From Promethearchaeota archaeon (GTDB taxonomy: Archaea > Asgardarchaeota > Lokiarchaeia > Sigyniarchaeales > SOKP01): a stretch of DNA of 18,040 bases. The position numbers and the translations under genes are program-made. A model generated the notes under the pieces. That model ran no database searches. It saw only the letters and a list, made by a program, of their open reading frames with translations, and was not told the origin of the DNA. Where the stretch lies: positions 1 through 18,040 of the forward strand of contig JBHLON010000048.1 in the NCBI GenBank assembly GCA_048940445.1. Reading direction: 5' to 3'. Within the stretch, counting starts at the first letter, position 1. Every line of letters begins with the position of its first letter. Shown here piece after piece: positions 1-9,355 of the stretch.

Positions 1-211
1 ACATGATCAATCTTATTGTTACTCATTAGGATTTTCAAGGGGGAAGCCTAAATCTGGAAATTTTTATTAGAATTAAAAATTAAGTGTATAATATTATATA
101 TTGGTAATAATTTAATAAAAATTTAATCTAGTAGCTACTTTTTCATAGATATTACGAATTACTGCTTTTGATTTACAATACACTTAAAATAATAGAATTT
201 AAGCTTTAATT

Positions 212-1192
212 TTAAACATGTAAAACCTTTTTAAAATTTTCAAACTGCCATTGATGTTGTAGGTTTAATCCTTCTTCAATCTTTATTTTGGGGTTGAAGT
301 TTAATACTTTCTTAGCTTTAGTTATATCTGAATGAGTGATATCAACGTCTCCTTTTTGTTTTGGTAAATATTTTATTTTTTTAGTTTTATGTGTTATTTT
401 ATACATTTTATCTACTAGATCATTCACTTTTAGGGGGCTCGAACATCCTAAGTTGAATGTCTCACCAACTGAACCATCATTCTCTGCAGACAATATCAAG
501 CCATTAATGATATCAGAGATATATGTAAAATCTCTAATCTGTTCACCATCTCCATAAATAGGAATTTCTTTGTCTTGATACATTAAATCAAAGAACTTAT
601 ATATAGCCATGTCAGGTCTTCCTCTTGGTCCATATACAGTATAAAATCTTAAGGAAGTAATTGGCAAATTATATTCCCGGTGATAATAGTTTGCATATAC
701 TTCTCCAGTTAATTTTGATGCAGCGTATGCAGATATTGGAGCTTTCGGATGTTTCTCATCGCAAGGAGTGTAAATTGGATTACCATATACTGATGACGAT
801 GAGGCATATATTATTTTACTGATTTTATCAATTTTACAAGAAAATTCAAATAGATTAATTGTGCTTATGATATTATTACGTGCAACTTGTAGTGGATGTT
901 CTACAGAATATCTTACTCCCGCTTGGGCTGCTAGATGAAAGATTACGTCAATATCTTTATCAATTTGACTATAAATTGTTTCATCTAAAAGATCGTTTTT
1001 AAAGAGGATATAATCTTTTAAATTTTCATAATTATGTACTATAGTTGCCAATCTTTCTTCCTTGCCTTGATAATAATCATTAAAGTTGTCGATTAAAATT
1101 AAAAAGTTGTTGTTATTAAGTAAAATTTCAGTTAAATGTGATCCAATAAAACCAGCTGCCCCCGTAATGAGGATTCTTTTATTTTTTAACAT
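212..1192 (-). CDS. NAD-dependent nucleotide-sugar epimerase/dehydratase (extended SDR; UDP-glucuronate/UDP-glucose 4-epimerase-like)
   Basis: Rossmann motif LITGAAGFIGSH, HLAAQAGVRYS, YASSSSVYG, catalytic YAASK (YxxxK), LRFYTVYGPRGRPDMA, GDGEQIRDFTY. ATG at 1192; the ORF track starts two codons earlier at a TTG (1198). Confidence 0.93.
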   Translation of the reverse strand: MLKNKRILITGAAGFIGSHLTEILLNNNNFLILIDNFNDYYQGKEERLATIVHNYENLKDYILFKNDLLDETIYSQIDKDIDVIFHLAAQAGVRYSVEHPLQVARNNIISTINLFEFSCKIDKISKIIYASSSSVYGNPIYTPCDEKHPKAPISAYAASKLTGEVYANYYHREYNLPITSLRFYTVYGPRGRPDMAIYKFFDLMYQDKEIPIYGDGEQIRDFTYISDIINGLILSAENDGSVGETFNLGCSSPLKVNDLVDKMYKITHKTKKIKYLPKQKGDVDITHSDITKAKKVLNFNPKIKIEEGLNLQHQWQFENFKKVLHV

Positions 1193-1388
1193 TTTCAAAG
1201 AATAAAAAAAATTATCTAAGTAAACTAATATATATTAAAGAATTAAAAACTTAGTAAATGTAGTATTAAGAGTAGATGAAAATTAACAACTAATTAACTC
1301 CTAAATATGAATAAACTTCCAAACAAAACTAAATATATTTAGAATAATTAAATAAATTACATTTAAATATAATGAAGAGAGCCTTAGA

Positions 1389-3674
1389 ATGGTATCTATG
1401 AATCATTCGAAAGAGAATTTTAACAGATTAATATATTTATTATACCAAAAGAAGCAAATTTTGATTTGTCTTGTATCGTCATTAGCATTATTATTTGTCT
1501 TCTTTCACGTAATTAATTTAGATGCAAATCTAGGGATAGAAAATAGTAGTATAGGAGTATTTTTTAGCTTAATCTTATTAATAAGTACTGTTTTTATCGT
1601 ACTGCTCTTACCTTTTTATCCTTTATATCATATTATTTTGAAAGAAAAAGGTTTTAATTTTTTAGAAAGAACAGGTTTAACCATTATTAGTAATTTAACT
1701 TTCTACATTCTATCAGGTTATATAGGAAATTTTTTTGGTGTCCCAATGACTGGCTTATTTTTCATTCTTATTATCATTATTACCTATTTCTTATTAATAA
1801 TTTACATAATTTTCATGGAAAGAAGAAAGAATCTAAATTTATTTTTGAAATCCGAGAAAAAAATAAGAAATAAAGAACAGTTTTTCATAAATTTCTCATT
1901 GAAATCTTATATAAAGAAAAAAGTTCCATTAATTTCAGTATTAATTATATGTTTTCTAATATTGCTTTCTATTTTAAATGGAGTCAGATTTAGCTACTTT
2001 TATGGCACTGATGCGATGTATCATATATTTATGACTAAATTGATAACTTCTCTTAACTACTTGCCCATTAACCAATATTTTGGAGCTTTAGGCTTACATC
2101 TCTTTACTGCTATTCTTTATTTTTTTTCCGGTATAGATCATTTGATTTTGGCAAAATATTTCTCTTTTTATACGTTTTTTGCTTCCGGATTAATAATTTA
2201 TAATATTTTAAAAAGGATTTTTAAAAATCGAAATTTAGCTGTTTTTGGAGTATTTCTTCTAGAATTTAGCTCATTAGGATTTAGTAATATGATGTATCAA
2301 TTTTGGCCAACATCCTTGGCTACTATTCAATCTTTATATATCCTCTTTATACTGTACGCAAGATTACAAAATTTCGTCAAAGAGAGTAAACCTACTAAAA
2401 AGGAGATCTTATCAAATCTAATATTCTCATATATATTGATTATTTTAATTTATATTAGTGCTTTATTTACTCATTCCCTGATTGCAACAATTTTCATGGT
2501 CTCGTTTACATTTATTTTTTTAATCTATTTTATGAAAAGCTATAGGAGAGGTTTCGATTTTTTGATATTGTGCATTTGCTTAGTTATTTTTATTAGCTTA
2601 TTTAATTTTACTGAAATTAGAGCTCATTGGGCTTTAGTTGATTTTGGAGCATTACCTTGGTTTTTTTTCATATTTGCGGGAATTCTCGGATTAATATTAG
2701 TATTAAAATTACGAATCGGAATCAGATTTGAAAAAGGTAGGTTTAAGTCAACAATATTAGGTCATAACTATAGGTATTATAAAATAATTGAAGATAAATT
2801 ATTGTTTCCAGTTTTCTTTTCATTTATTGCTGTTATGGTGATTAGTTTTATATTTATTAATATAGAGACGCTTAATGTAAGCTTTTCAAAAATAATAGTA
2901 GTAATCGAAGTTAGTATATTCATGTTCTTCGGAATATGGGGATTAATTATTTTTCAAAAGAAGCCTTTAGGAAAACCATTAGCTTTATGGTTTCTTGGTT
3001 TGGGTATAATTTATTTAGGAGCATTTTCATTGGACATTTTTGTATTACATCAATTTTGGTCAGGAAGAATTCTCTTATTATTTTCACCTGTAATTATTTT
3101 TGGGTTTATCTCTTATTTATTTAAATTGTTGAAATTGAAGCGTATTACAAAAATTAAGATTAAAGTGTTTATTCTTGGTGTAGTTATTTTCATGTTTATT
3201 TCACAATTTACCGACCAATTATGGGATATTGATGATCAACGATATAGTTTAAATAAACGAGAAGTATATTCGCTTCAATGGTATTCAAATTATACATCTG
3301 AAAAAAATTTCTTAATATGTGAATTTGGAATTCCCTACGTTGTTATGTACTATAAATATCCTTACGATGCTCATAATAAAAGTATTTTAGTGAACAGCTT
3401 TCTCGATTTTATACAAGAACCAAAAGGATATTTTAAACCTAGCGATCATTTTTATGCAAATGGCACGAATAAGTTACAACAAATGAAACAAAGCCTAAAT
3501 ACAGATATTTATCTCTTATTAGATGCTAATTATTTAGCATTCAGTGGGTTTGAGGTCTATGAGAGATTGTCACCAGCGGAAGTACAAGCATATTACAATA
3601 TGAATTATCTAGATAGAGTTTGTTCTTCCAAAAGTGTAAATGGTATAGATTTTCCCTATTATTGGGTTATTTAA
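1389..3674 (+). CDS. Large polytopic membrane protein, probable GT-C-fold glycosyltransferase (AglB/STT3/PMT-like architecture)
   Basis: More than a dozen hydrophobic segments. The first large loop carries GTDAMYH (DxxYH, like the DPYYH motif of STT3/AglB-like GT-C enzymes). A soluble C-terminal domain begins EVYSLQWYSNYT. Divergent from an NDP-sugar epimerase. No WWDYG motif. Confidence 0.6.
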   Translation: MVSMNHSKENFNRLIYLLYQKKQILICLVSSLALLFVFFHVINLDANLGIENSSIGVFFSLILLISTVFIVLLLPFYPLYHIILKEKGFNFLERTGLTIISNLTFYILSGYIGNFFGVPMTGLFFILIIIITYFLLIIYIIFMERRKNLNLFLKSEKKIRNKEQFFINFSLKSYIKKKVPLISVLIICFLILLSILNGVRFSYFYGTDAMYHIFMTKLITSLNYLPINQYFGALGLHLFTAILYFFSGIDHLILAKYFSFYTFFASGLIIYNILKRIFKNRNLAVFGVFLLEFSSLGFSNMMYQFWPTSLATIQSLYILFILYARLQNFVKESKPTKKEILSNLIFSYILIILIYISALFTHSLIATIFMVSFTFIFLIYFMKSYRRGFDFLILCICLVIFISLFNFTEIRAHWALVDFGALPWFFFIFAGILGLILVLKLRIGIRFEKGRFKSTILGHNYRYYKIIEDKLLFPVFFSFIAVMVISFIFINIETLNVSFSKIIVVIEVSIFMFFGIWGLIIFQKKPLGKPLALWFLGLGIIYLGAFSLDIFVLHQFWSGRILLLFSPVIIFGFISYLFKLLKLKRITKIKIKVFILGVVIFMFISQFTDQLWDIDDQRYSLNKREVYSLQWYSNYTSEKNFLICEFGIPYVVMYYKYPYDAHNKSILVNSFLDFIQEPKGYFKPSDHFYANGTNKLQQMKQSLNTDIYLLLDANYLAFSGFEVYERLSPAEVQAYYNMNYLDRVCSSKSVNGIDFPYYWVI

Positions 3675-4452
3675 AAATCTCAAATTTCTCTGGAAAAAAA
3701 TATTCTATATTTTTTTTAAGTATTAATTCTTTATCCCTTGCAATTTTAAACATCTCGGGGATTTTTCCTGTAATACCTATTTTATTTTGGCGGGTTATAA
3801 AAGCACCAAAAATATCAGTTAAATCATCAGCAGCGTTTAATCCCTTTTTAATAGAGCTTTCGATATCATTTCCCTTTACAAGGTTACAGATTTTTGTTGC
3901 AGCTCCATCAGCAATAGTAGCATTTTTAGCAAAAATGGTTACAGCATCCGCTTCGCCTAAACTAATTGCATGTCCTATTGTAGCAGAACTAGTTGCGATT
4001 CCAATAGGACAATCTTTCTTTTTAATCAAAAATCCAATATTTATATTTAATTTATTATTTCCAGCAAATAAGGCTATTTTCATAGATTTCATTGAATCAA
4101 CAGCTACCTCTCCACCATTTTCAATTAAAGCGACTTTTAATTCATCAGATTCATTATTCCTATCTTTCATTACATTGAGCATTAAATCTACGAAAGCTCC
4201 CGCTACAGTAGCCATGGGACCGACATCACATAAGATTGCTGCTTGAGCCATTAATTTAATTATTTCTAAATCAGTTTGAATTTTTACAGGAGTAAAGGAG
4301 GAGTAAAATTCTTTATGATGAGATATATATTCTTCTAATAGAGGCCTTTGGTAATAAAATTCTTTCTTCGCTCTTAAAATGGCTTCTCTGGATTCTGAAA
4401 TAATTGTAATGTTTGATTCTTTTTCAATAAAATGAAATTTAAATATTTGCAT
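3667..4452 (-). CDS. UPF0280 family protein (ApbE superfamily)
   Basis: VGPMATVAGA, ENGGEVA, GIATSSATIGHAISLGEADAVTIFA and ADGAATKICN are characteristic of archaeal UPF0280/ApbE-like proteins. Its 3' end overlaps the convergent membrane-protein gene by 8 bp. Confidence 0.88.
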   Translation of the reverse strand: MQIFKFHFIEKESNITIISESREAILRAKKEFYYQRPLLEEYISHHKEFYSSFTPVKIQTDLEIIKLMAQAAILCDVGPMATVAGAFVDLMLNVMKDRNNESDELKVALIENGGEVAVDSMKSMKIALFAGNNKLNINIGFLIKKKDCPIGIATSSATIGHAISLGEADAVTIFAKNATIADGAATKICNLVKGNDIESSIKKGLNAADDLTDIFGAFITRQNKIGITGKIPEMFKIARDKELILKKNIEYFFPEKFEIFK

Positions 4453-4560
4453 GGTTATCTTCTATTAAAATATAAAATATATTGAATCTTAAAATTATAC
4501 TTCAAATAAATATAAATAAATTATCGGCTATTATTTAATCAAAATAGGTATATTTGAATA
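4453..4560. promoter_or_regulatory. Divergent promoter region (UPF0280 gene and roadblock-GTPase pair), with TATA-like elements
   Basis: 108-bp extremely AT-rich gap between divergent starts. AAATATAAATA at about 4508-4518 lies upstream of the roadblock ATG. Specificity is low because of the AT background. Confidence 0.35.
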
Positions 4561-5052
4561 ATGAGAGAAATAAATTATGATAATATCGTCTCACAATTGA
4601 AAGCAGATTTAAATTCAGAATGCGCAATTGCAAATCAGTACGGAATAATTCTAAGCTCTGCGATTAAAGAATTTTCAAAAGGGAAAGTCATTCCTCAAAA
4701 AATTCTTTCTCTGATTGCGAATTCTCACGATATTGCGAAAGATTTAAATTTAAAAAAAATTAATTCATTTGCCTTAGAGGCTCAAGATTACAATTATTTA
4801 TTCACATTTAATAATAATTTAATTTTAATTTCAAAATTGAATTTAGACGTGAATTTAGCTAAATTCATGCCAAGTATTAGTGTATTTTTGAAAAAACTTG
4901 GAGAAACATCGAAAGGACAGGAAATTAATGAGTTTTCAGTCTTTGATTTCTCTAAAGAAATTAAAAAAATTGAAGATGTAATTAAAGAAGAAAAATCTAA
5001 GAATAAAAAATATTCCATCATAAAAGACCTTGTAAAATATATTTCAAGTTAA
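4561..5052 (+). CDS. Roadblock/LC7 (profilin-like fold) domain protein with C-terminal helical extension
   Basis: Helix, then CAIANQYGIILSS (two strands with turn Gly), helix, three strands (FALEAQDYNYLFTFNNNLILISK), helix (VNLAKFMPSISVFL). This is the roadblock pattern. It ends 21 bp upstream of a small-GTPase gene. Confidence 0.65.
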   Translation: MREINYDNIVSQLKADLNSECAIANQYGIILSSAIKEFSKGKVIPQKILSLIANSHDIAKDLNLKKINSFALEAQDYNYLFTFNNNLILISKLNLDVNLAKFMPSISVFLKKLGETSKGQEINEFSVFDFSKEIKKIEDVIKEEKSKNKKYSIIKDLVKYISS

Positions 5053-5073
5053 ATAATTTTATAGTGAATCCTA

Positions 5074-7005
5074 ATGTTAAGACAGGTTTATATATATAAA
5101 GCTAATGATTTAATTTATTACAGGCATTTTGGAAAAGCTCTAAAGGACGAGGTCTTTAAAACATTATTCACCGATCTAATAAGAGAGGCGTTTGCTAAAG
5201 GGACTGATAAGGTAGATTTTCATGATTATTATAGATATAGGATTTCGTTTATTACGGAATCGAAATTAGATTTAATATTTTTGTTTGTTACCGGTCTTAC
5301 TGATAATTTTGATAATATTAAAAAAGAATTGATAAAATGTAAAAAAGAATTCTTAAACTTATTTGAAGACATTATAAAGCATAAGTACGATGATAAGACT
5401 TTTGAGGTTTTTGATCCTACAATTGATGCAACTCATAAAAATTTGCGACCAAAAATATCGTTAGTAGGATTTTCTGGAGTAGGCAAGACGACAATAACTA
5501 GATTAATCAAGGCTGAAGAAATACCTATGCAACATATTCCCACAATCACAGGAGATATCGCTACAATTAAAATTGGCAAACTACATTTCCATCTTTGGGA
5601 TTTTGCTGGTCAAGAACAGTTTAGCTATCTTTGGAATAACTTTATTAAAGGTAGTGATGCTGTTCTCTTAATTACAGATTCTAGCTTAGAAAATGTAGAA
5701 AAAAGCAAATTCTTTCTAGAATTAATAAAGGAACAAGCCCCACATGCTCATACCGCTATTATCGGGAATAAACAAGATTTAGAGAGCGCTATGAAACCAG
5801 ATCAAATTGAAAAAATTTTAGGATTAAAAACCTACTCCATGATTGCGAAAGATTCTAATAATAGAGACAAAATGATTACCATCATTGCAGATATTTTAGA
5901 AATGAGTGCAGAAATATCTCCTTTATTGCAGCCATTGCTAAAAAGAGACACATTTATCGAACAAGCTACAAAAGCATTAGAAAATGCTGAATTTGAAAGA
6001 GCGGCCAAGTTGTTTGAAAGAATTAGTGATTTATGTATAGAACTGGGCGATGATTCTTTAGGAAGGGAGTTTTACGAAAAATCACAAAAGATTTTAAGTA
6101 TGCTTCAGCAAGTTTCAGGTTCACAACCTAGTAAAACTCCACCAAAAAGTCAGCAAATTGAAGCTCCAATAAAGCCCGTAGAAGACAGTAGTTTGGTAAT
6201 TAAAGAATCCAAAAAGAGTGAAGGATCAAAAGACCTTAAAGAGAAACCTATTGTTCTTAAAAAACCGAAAATGCCTGAAAAACCATCGCCAATTGAACCG
6301 ATTACTTTTAAAAAACCGGTGGAAATGATTACAGAACCAGTTGCTCCTAAAAGATTTGAACCTGAAAGTACGTCATCTTCTTCCCAAGAACCAGAACCCG
6401 TTTTTCCTAAACAAACTGGTTTAGATCTAAATCCCGATGATTTTATGGTAAAGCAGAGACCTAAAACAATTACTACTGTGCCCAAGGATGCAAAGGAAAA
6501 ATTAAAAATTTCTCCTTATGCCCAAGTAACTAATGAGGAAGTTAAACCAATTCCAAAAGATGAAGAACTCAAGAAATTGACTCCACCAAAATCATTCGTT
6601 CCTTTAAAGTCATCAATAGCATCTGCTAAAATAGAAGATTCACCTCAAATAGCTGAAACGGATACAAAACCTTTAGAGCCTGAAGATGTAATTAAACCTC
6701 AACGTTCTCCTCCTAGTAGACCTCCGGAAATTTCGACAGAACCCGTATCAGAAGAAATAAGTCCCGTAGACGAATCTAATACTCAAAATGTTCCAGAAAA
6801 AGCAAATTTAGAAAAAACTCTTATTGACTTAAAAATTAAAAAGGCAAACCTTTCAAAAATGTCATTAGATTTTGATATGAAGGAATTAACTGGAGAAATT
6901 ACTGCCAAAGAGCTTGAAGATAAAAAGAGTAAATTAAGAGAGATTGAAGAGAACATTAATAATCAGATTAAAGAAGTTGAAGAATTACTTAAAAATATTA
7001 AGTGA
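5074..7005 (+). CDS. Multidomain Ras-superfamily small GTPase: N-terminal longin-like domain, GTPase, TPR/MIT-like helices, Pro-rich linker, C-terminal coiled coil
   Basis: G1 GFSGVGKTT (aa 132), G2 PTIT, G3 WDFAGQE, G4 NKQD. The N-terminal ~120 aa (MLRQVYIYKANDLIYYRHF...LIFLFVTG..DNFDNIKKEL) have a longin-like beta-beta-alpha-beta-beta-beta-alpha-alpha pattern. About 230 aa of P/E/K/S-rich low complexity precede a heptad-rich tail. Confidence 0.85.
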   Translation: MLRQVYIYKANDLIYYRHFGKALKDEVFKTLFTDLIREAFAKGTDKVDFHDYYRYRISFITESKLDLIFLFVTGLTDNFDNIKKELIKCKKEFLNLFEDIIKHKYDDKTFEVFDPTIDATHKNLRPKISLVGFSGVGKTTITRLIKAEEIPMQHIPTITGDIATIKIGKLHFHLWDFAGQEQFSYLWNNFIKGSDAVLLITDSSLENVEKSKFFLELIKEQAPHAHTAIIGNKQDLESAMKPDQIEKILGLKTYSMIAKDSNNRDKMITIIADILEMSAEISPLLQPLLKRDTFIEQATKALENAEFERAAKLFERISDLCIELGDDSLGREFYEKSQKILSMLQQVSGSQPSKTPPKSQQIEAPIKPVEDSSLVIKESKKSEGSKDLKEKPIVLKKPKMPEKPSPIEPITFKKPVEMITEPVAPKRFEPESTSSSSQEPEPVFPKQTGLDLNPDDFMVKQRPKTITTVPKDAKEKLKISPYAQVTNEEVKPIPKDEELKKLTPPKSFVPLKSSIASAKIEDSPQIAETDTKPLEPEDVIKPQRSPPSRPPEISTEPVSEEISPVDESNTQNVPEKANLEKTLIDLKIKKANLSKMSLDFDMKELTGEITAKELEDKKSKLREIEENINNQIKEVEELLKNIK

Positions 7006-7009
7006 TTTA

Positions 7010-7032
7010 AGCTTTTTCTAGATTTTTAATTT
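7010..7032 (+). terminator. Possible archaeal oligo-T terminator after the longin-GTPase gene
   Basis: Two T-runs (gctttttctagatttttaattt) just after the TGA stop. T-runs are common in this genome. Confidence 0.25.
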
Positions 7033-7095
7033 GAGGGTTTGTGTTTGCTATTAAAAAATAAATTTTTAAAATTTCTTGAATTAATGGAATAGAAT

Positions 7096-8511
7096 ATGAC
7101 AGTTGTGATCATGAAATTTGGCGGAAGTTGTTTAAATGATCAAGCTGCATTTAATAAAATCCTCAAGATTTCAGAAATTTACGATAATGTAAAAAGAGTG
7201 TATGTTGCTTCCGCCTTTAATGGTGTAACAGATCTACTTCTGAAAATGGCTCAAAATGTTTCTAACGAAACACAATTAGATAAAAATATGGCTATTCTAG
7301 AAAAAAAGCATTTTGATATTATAGAGGAAATTTTTAAAGATGACTCTGAAGAATTTTATAAAACAAAAGAATGGGTAGATCAGAAATTAAGTGAACTTGA
7401 AGAGATTTTTGTTGATATTAGAGAATTTGGATTGGAGCCATATTATAAAGATTCTGTATTAAGTCATGGAGAAATAATCTCTACTTATATATTAAATCAA
7501 TTTCTAGTAAATAGAGGATTAGATTCAGTATATATTCCAGCAAATAAGTTGATAATAACTAATGATGAGTTTAATAATGCTTATCCTCTTTATAATTTAA
7601 CAAATGCTCGGATTGAAAAAATGTTAATACCTTTTTTAGAGAACCCTAAAAAGAACACTATAATTTGCATAACTGGTTTCATTGGAAGAAATAAAATAGG
7701 ATATACTACAACTTTAGGGAGAGGAGGCTCAGATTATACAGCGACAATATTAGCTCATTCCATTTACGAGATAGGTCAAGACAAGGATATTAAAGTAATA
7801 TTATGGAAAGATGTAGATGGTCTCCTTGCTATAGGACCCAATTATGTTCCAAAAGCAGTTTTAATTCGAAATTTAGACTATGAGGAAGCAAAACATATCG
7901 CAAACTTTGGAGCAAAAATTTTGCACCCAAAGTGCCTAGAAGCTATTGAAAAAAATCAAATTCCGTTAGAAATTAGAAATTTTGATAAACCATTAGAAAA
8001 AGTAGATTTTACTACAATTTCAGGATATACTGATAGAAACAATATAAAAGGTATATCTACAGTTGAAGATGGCATAATCATCACGGTAACTTCTGGAAGT
8101 TTAGTTGATGTACCTGGAGTGTTAGCTAAAATATTTAAAATAATGAGCAAAAACAATATTAGTGTCTCTTTAGTTGCTCAAAGCGCATCAGAAGTAAGTA
8201 CATCATTTATAGTCTCGAAGAAAGATGCTGAAAAAGCACTTATAGCTTTGAGAAGATCAGAATATTTTGCAGATTTTTTTGAAATCAAGAATGAAGAAGT
8301 AGCTATAATTAATATTACTGGTTTTAAAGTATTAGATAACCTCACTAAAGTTAAAATCTTTCAAGCATTAGAAAAAAAACAAATAAAAGTCAAGGCCCTA
8401 ACCCAAAGTATTGATGATCTTAACTTTTCGTTAGTGATAAAGAAAGAGAATCTTTTTGATGCGATTAATGTTATTCATCATGATTTATATGAAGATTTTT
8501 TAGAGGAATAA
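7096..8511 (+). CDS. lysC: Aspartate kinase with C-terminal ACT domains
   Basis: MKFGGS, VASAFNGVTDLL, GFIG..TTTLGRGGSDYTA, WKDVDG, GAKILHPK, and ACT motifs (VPGVLAKIFKIMSKNNISVSLVAQSASEVSTSF). Confidence 0.95.
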   Translation: MTVVIMKFGGSCLNDQAAFNKILKISEIYDNVKRVYVASAFNGVTDLLLKMAQNVSNETQLDKNMAILEKKHFDIIEEIFKDDSEEFYKTKEWVDQKLSELEEIFVDIREFGLEPYYKDSVLSHGEIISTYILNQFLVNRGLDSVYIPANKLIITNDEFNNAYPLYNLTNARIEKMLIPFLENPKKNTIICITGFIGRNKIGYTTTLGRGGSDYTATILAHSIYEIGQDKDIKVILWKDVDGLLAIGPNYVPKAVLIRNLDYEEAKHIANFGAKILHPKCLEAIEKNQIPLEIRNFDKPLEKVDFTTISGYTDRNNIKGISTVEDGIIITVTSGSLVDVPGVLAKIFKIMSKNNISVSLVAQSASEVSTSFIVSKKDAEKALIALRRSEYFADFFEIKNEEVAIINITGFKVLDNLTKVKIFQALEKKQIKVKALTQSIDDLNFSLVIKKENLFDAINVIHHDLYEDFLEE

Positions 8512-8552
8512 CATATTTTAAAAATTCAGTAAATAAAAGGAGATTTAAAACC

Positions 8553-9080
8553 CTATTGTGTTCTTGAATCAATAATCCTTTTTGTTAACTCTGTAAACGC
8601 CGCATCTACATTCTCACCAGTTTTTGCAGATGTCTCGATGTATATACTTTTTTCTTTCTCTGCGAAGGATCTCGCTTCATTTTTATCAATTACCACGCCA
8701 ACATCTTCTAATAAATCAGCCTTATTTCCAATCAAAATAAAAGGAATGTTCTCTCCAGCAAATTGTCGGATTTCTGTTAGCCATTTCCTAGTTTCTGTGT
8801 ACGTCTGTTCTCTCGTTAGATCAAATACTAAGAGAGCGCCAGCTGCTCCTTTGTAAAAAGTGCTACGGATAAATTCGAATCTTTGTTGACCTCCTATATC
8901 CCAGATTGAAAGTGTGGCAAACTCTCCTGATCTAAATTCAACGTCCTTAGTTAGAATATCAACACCTACAGTGAGTTTATAATTCGCAGCAAATCTGTTT
9001 TTTATAAATCTCTGAACTAAACTTGTTTTTCCGACAGCAGCAGCTCCGGTAAGCAAAACTTTTAGTTTAAAACTCGACAT
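8553..9080 (-). CDS. Rab-like small GTPase (Ras superfamily) without a prenylation tail
   Basis: G1 GAAAVGKTS, G2 TVGVD, G3 WDIGGQ, G4 GNKAD, G5 ETSAK. RabF-like motifs VGVDI, LSIW, RFEFIR, FYKGA and LVFDLT. Confidence 0.95.
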   Translation of the reverse strand: MSSFKLKVLLTGAAAVGKTSLVQRFIKNRFAANYKLTVGVDILTKDVEFRSGEFATLSIWDIGGQQRFEFIRSTFYKGAAGALLVFDLTREQTYTETRKWLTEIRQFAGENIPFILIGNKADLLEDVGVVIDKNEARSFAEKEKSIYIETSAKTGENVDAAFTELTKRIIDSRTQ

Positions 9081-9355
9081 ATAGTTTTCTTCTGGACTAT
9101 ATTTCTTATATTATTTAAAAAATATTCAATGGTATATAAATTATTATCGTAATTGTTATTTAAGAATTTATTTAATTCTTTTTAAAAAGTTTATAATTTT
9201 AATGAATTTATATCTTAAATACTTTTACCCAATTTTTAATAGTTTAAAGGTTAAATTGTTGCCTCGCAATAGCTTATGATAAGTTCTATAGCCATAGTTA
9301 AAATTTTTTTAAAATCTCATAATTTTTTATGATTATTGGCTATTAAAATTGAATA

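Noticed and set aside
1-38. Possible start of a minus-strand gene running off the left edge (MKILMSNNKIDH from TTG 38, or from ATG 26)
   Set aside because: Only 8-12 codons are visible, which is not enough to support a call.
3620-4246. 208-aa + strand ORF
   Set aside because: Lies almost entirely antisense to the well-supported UPF0280 gene and has no recognisable motifs; a shadow ORF.
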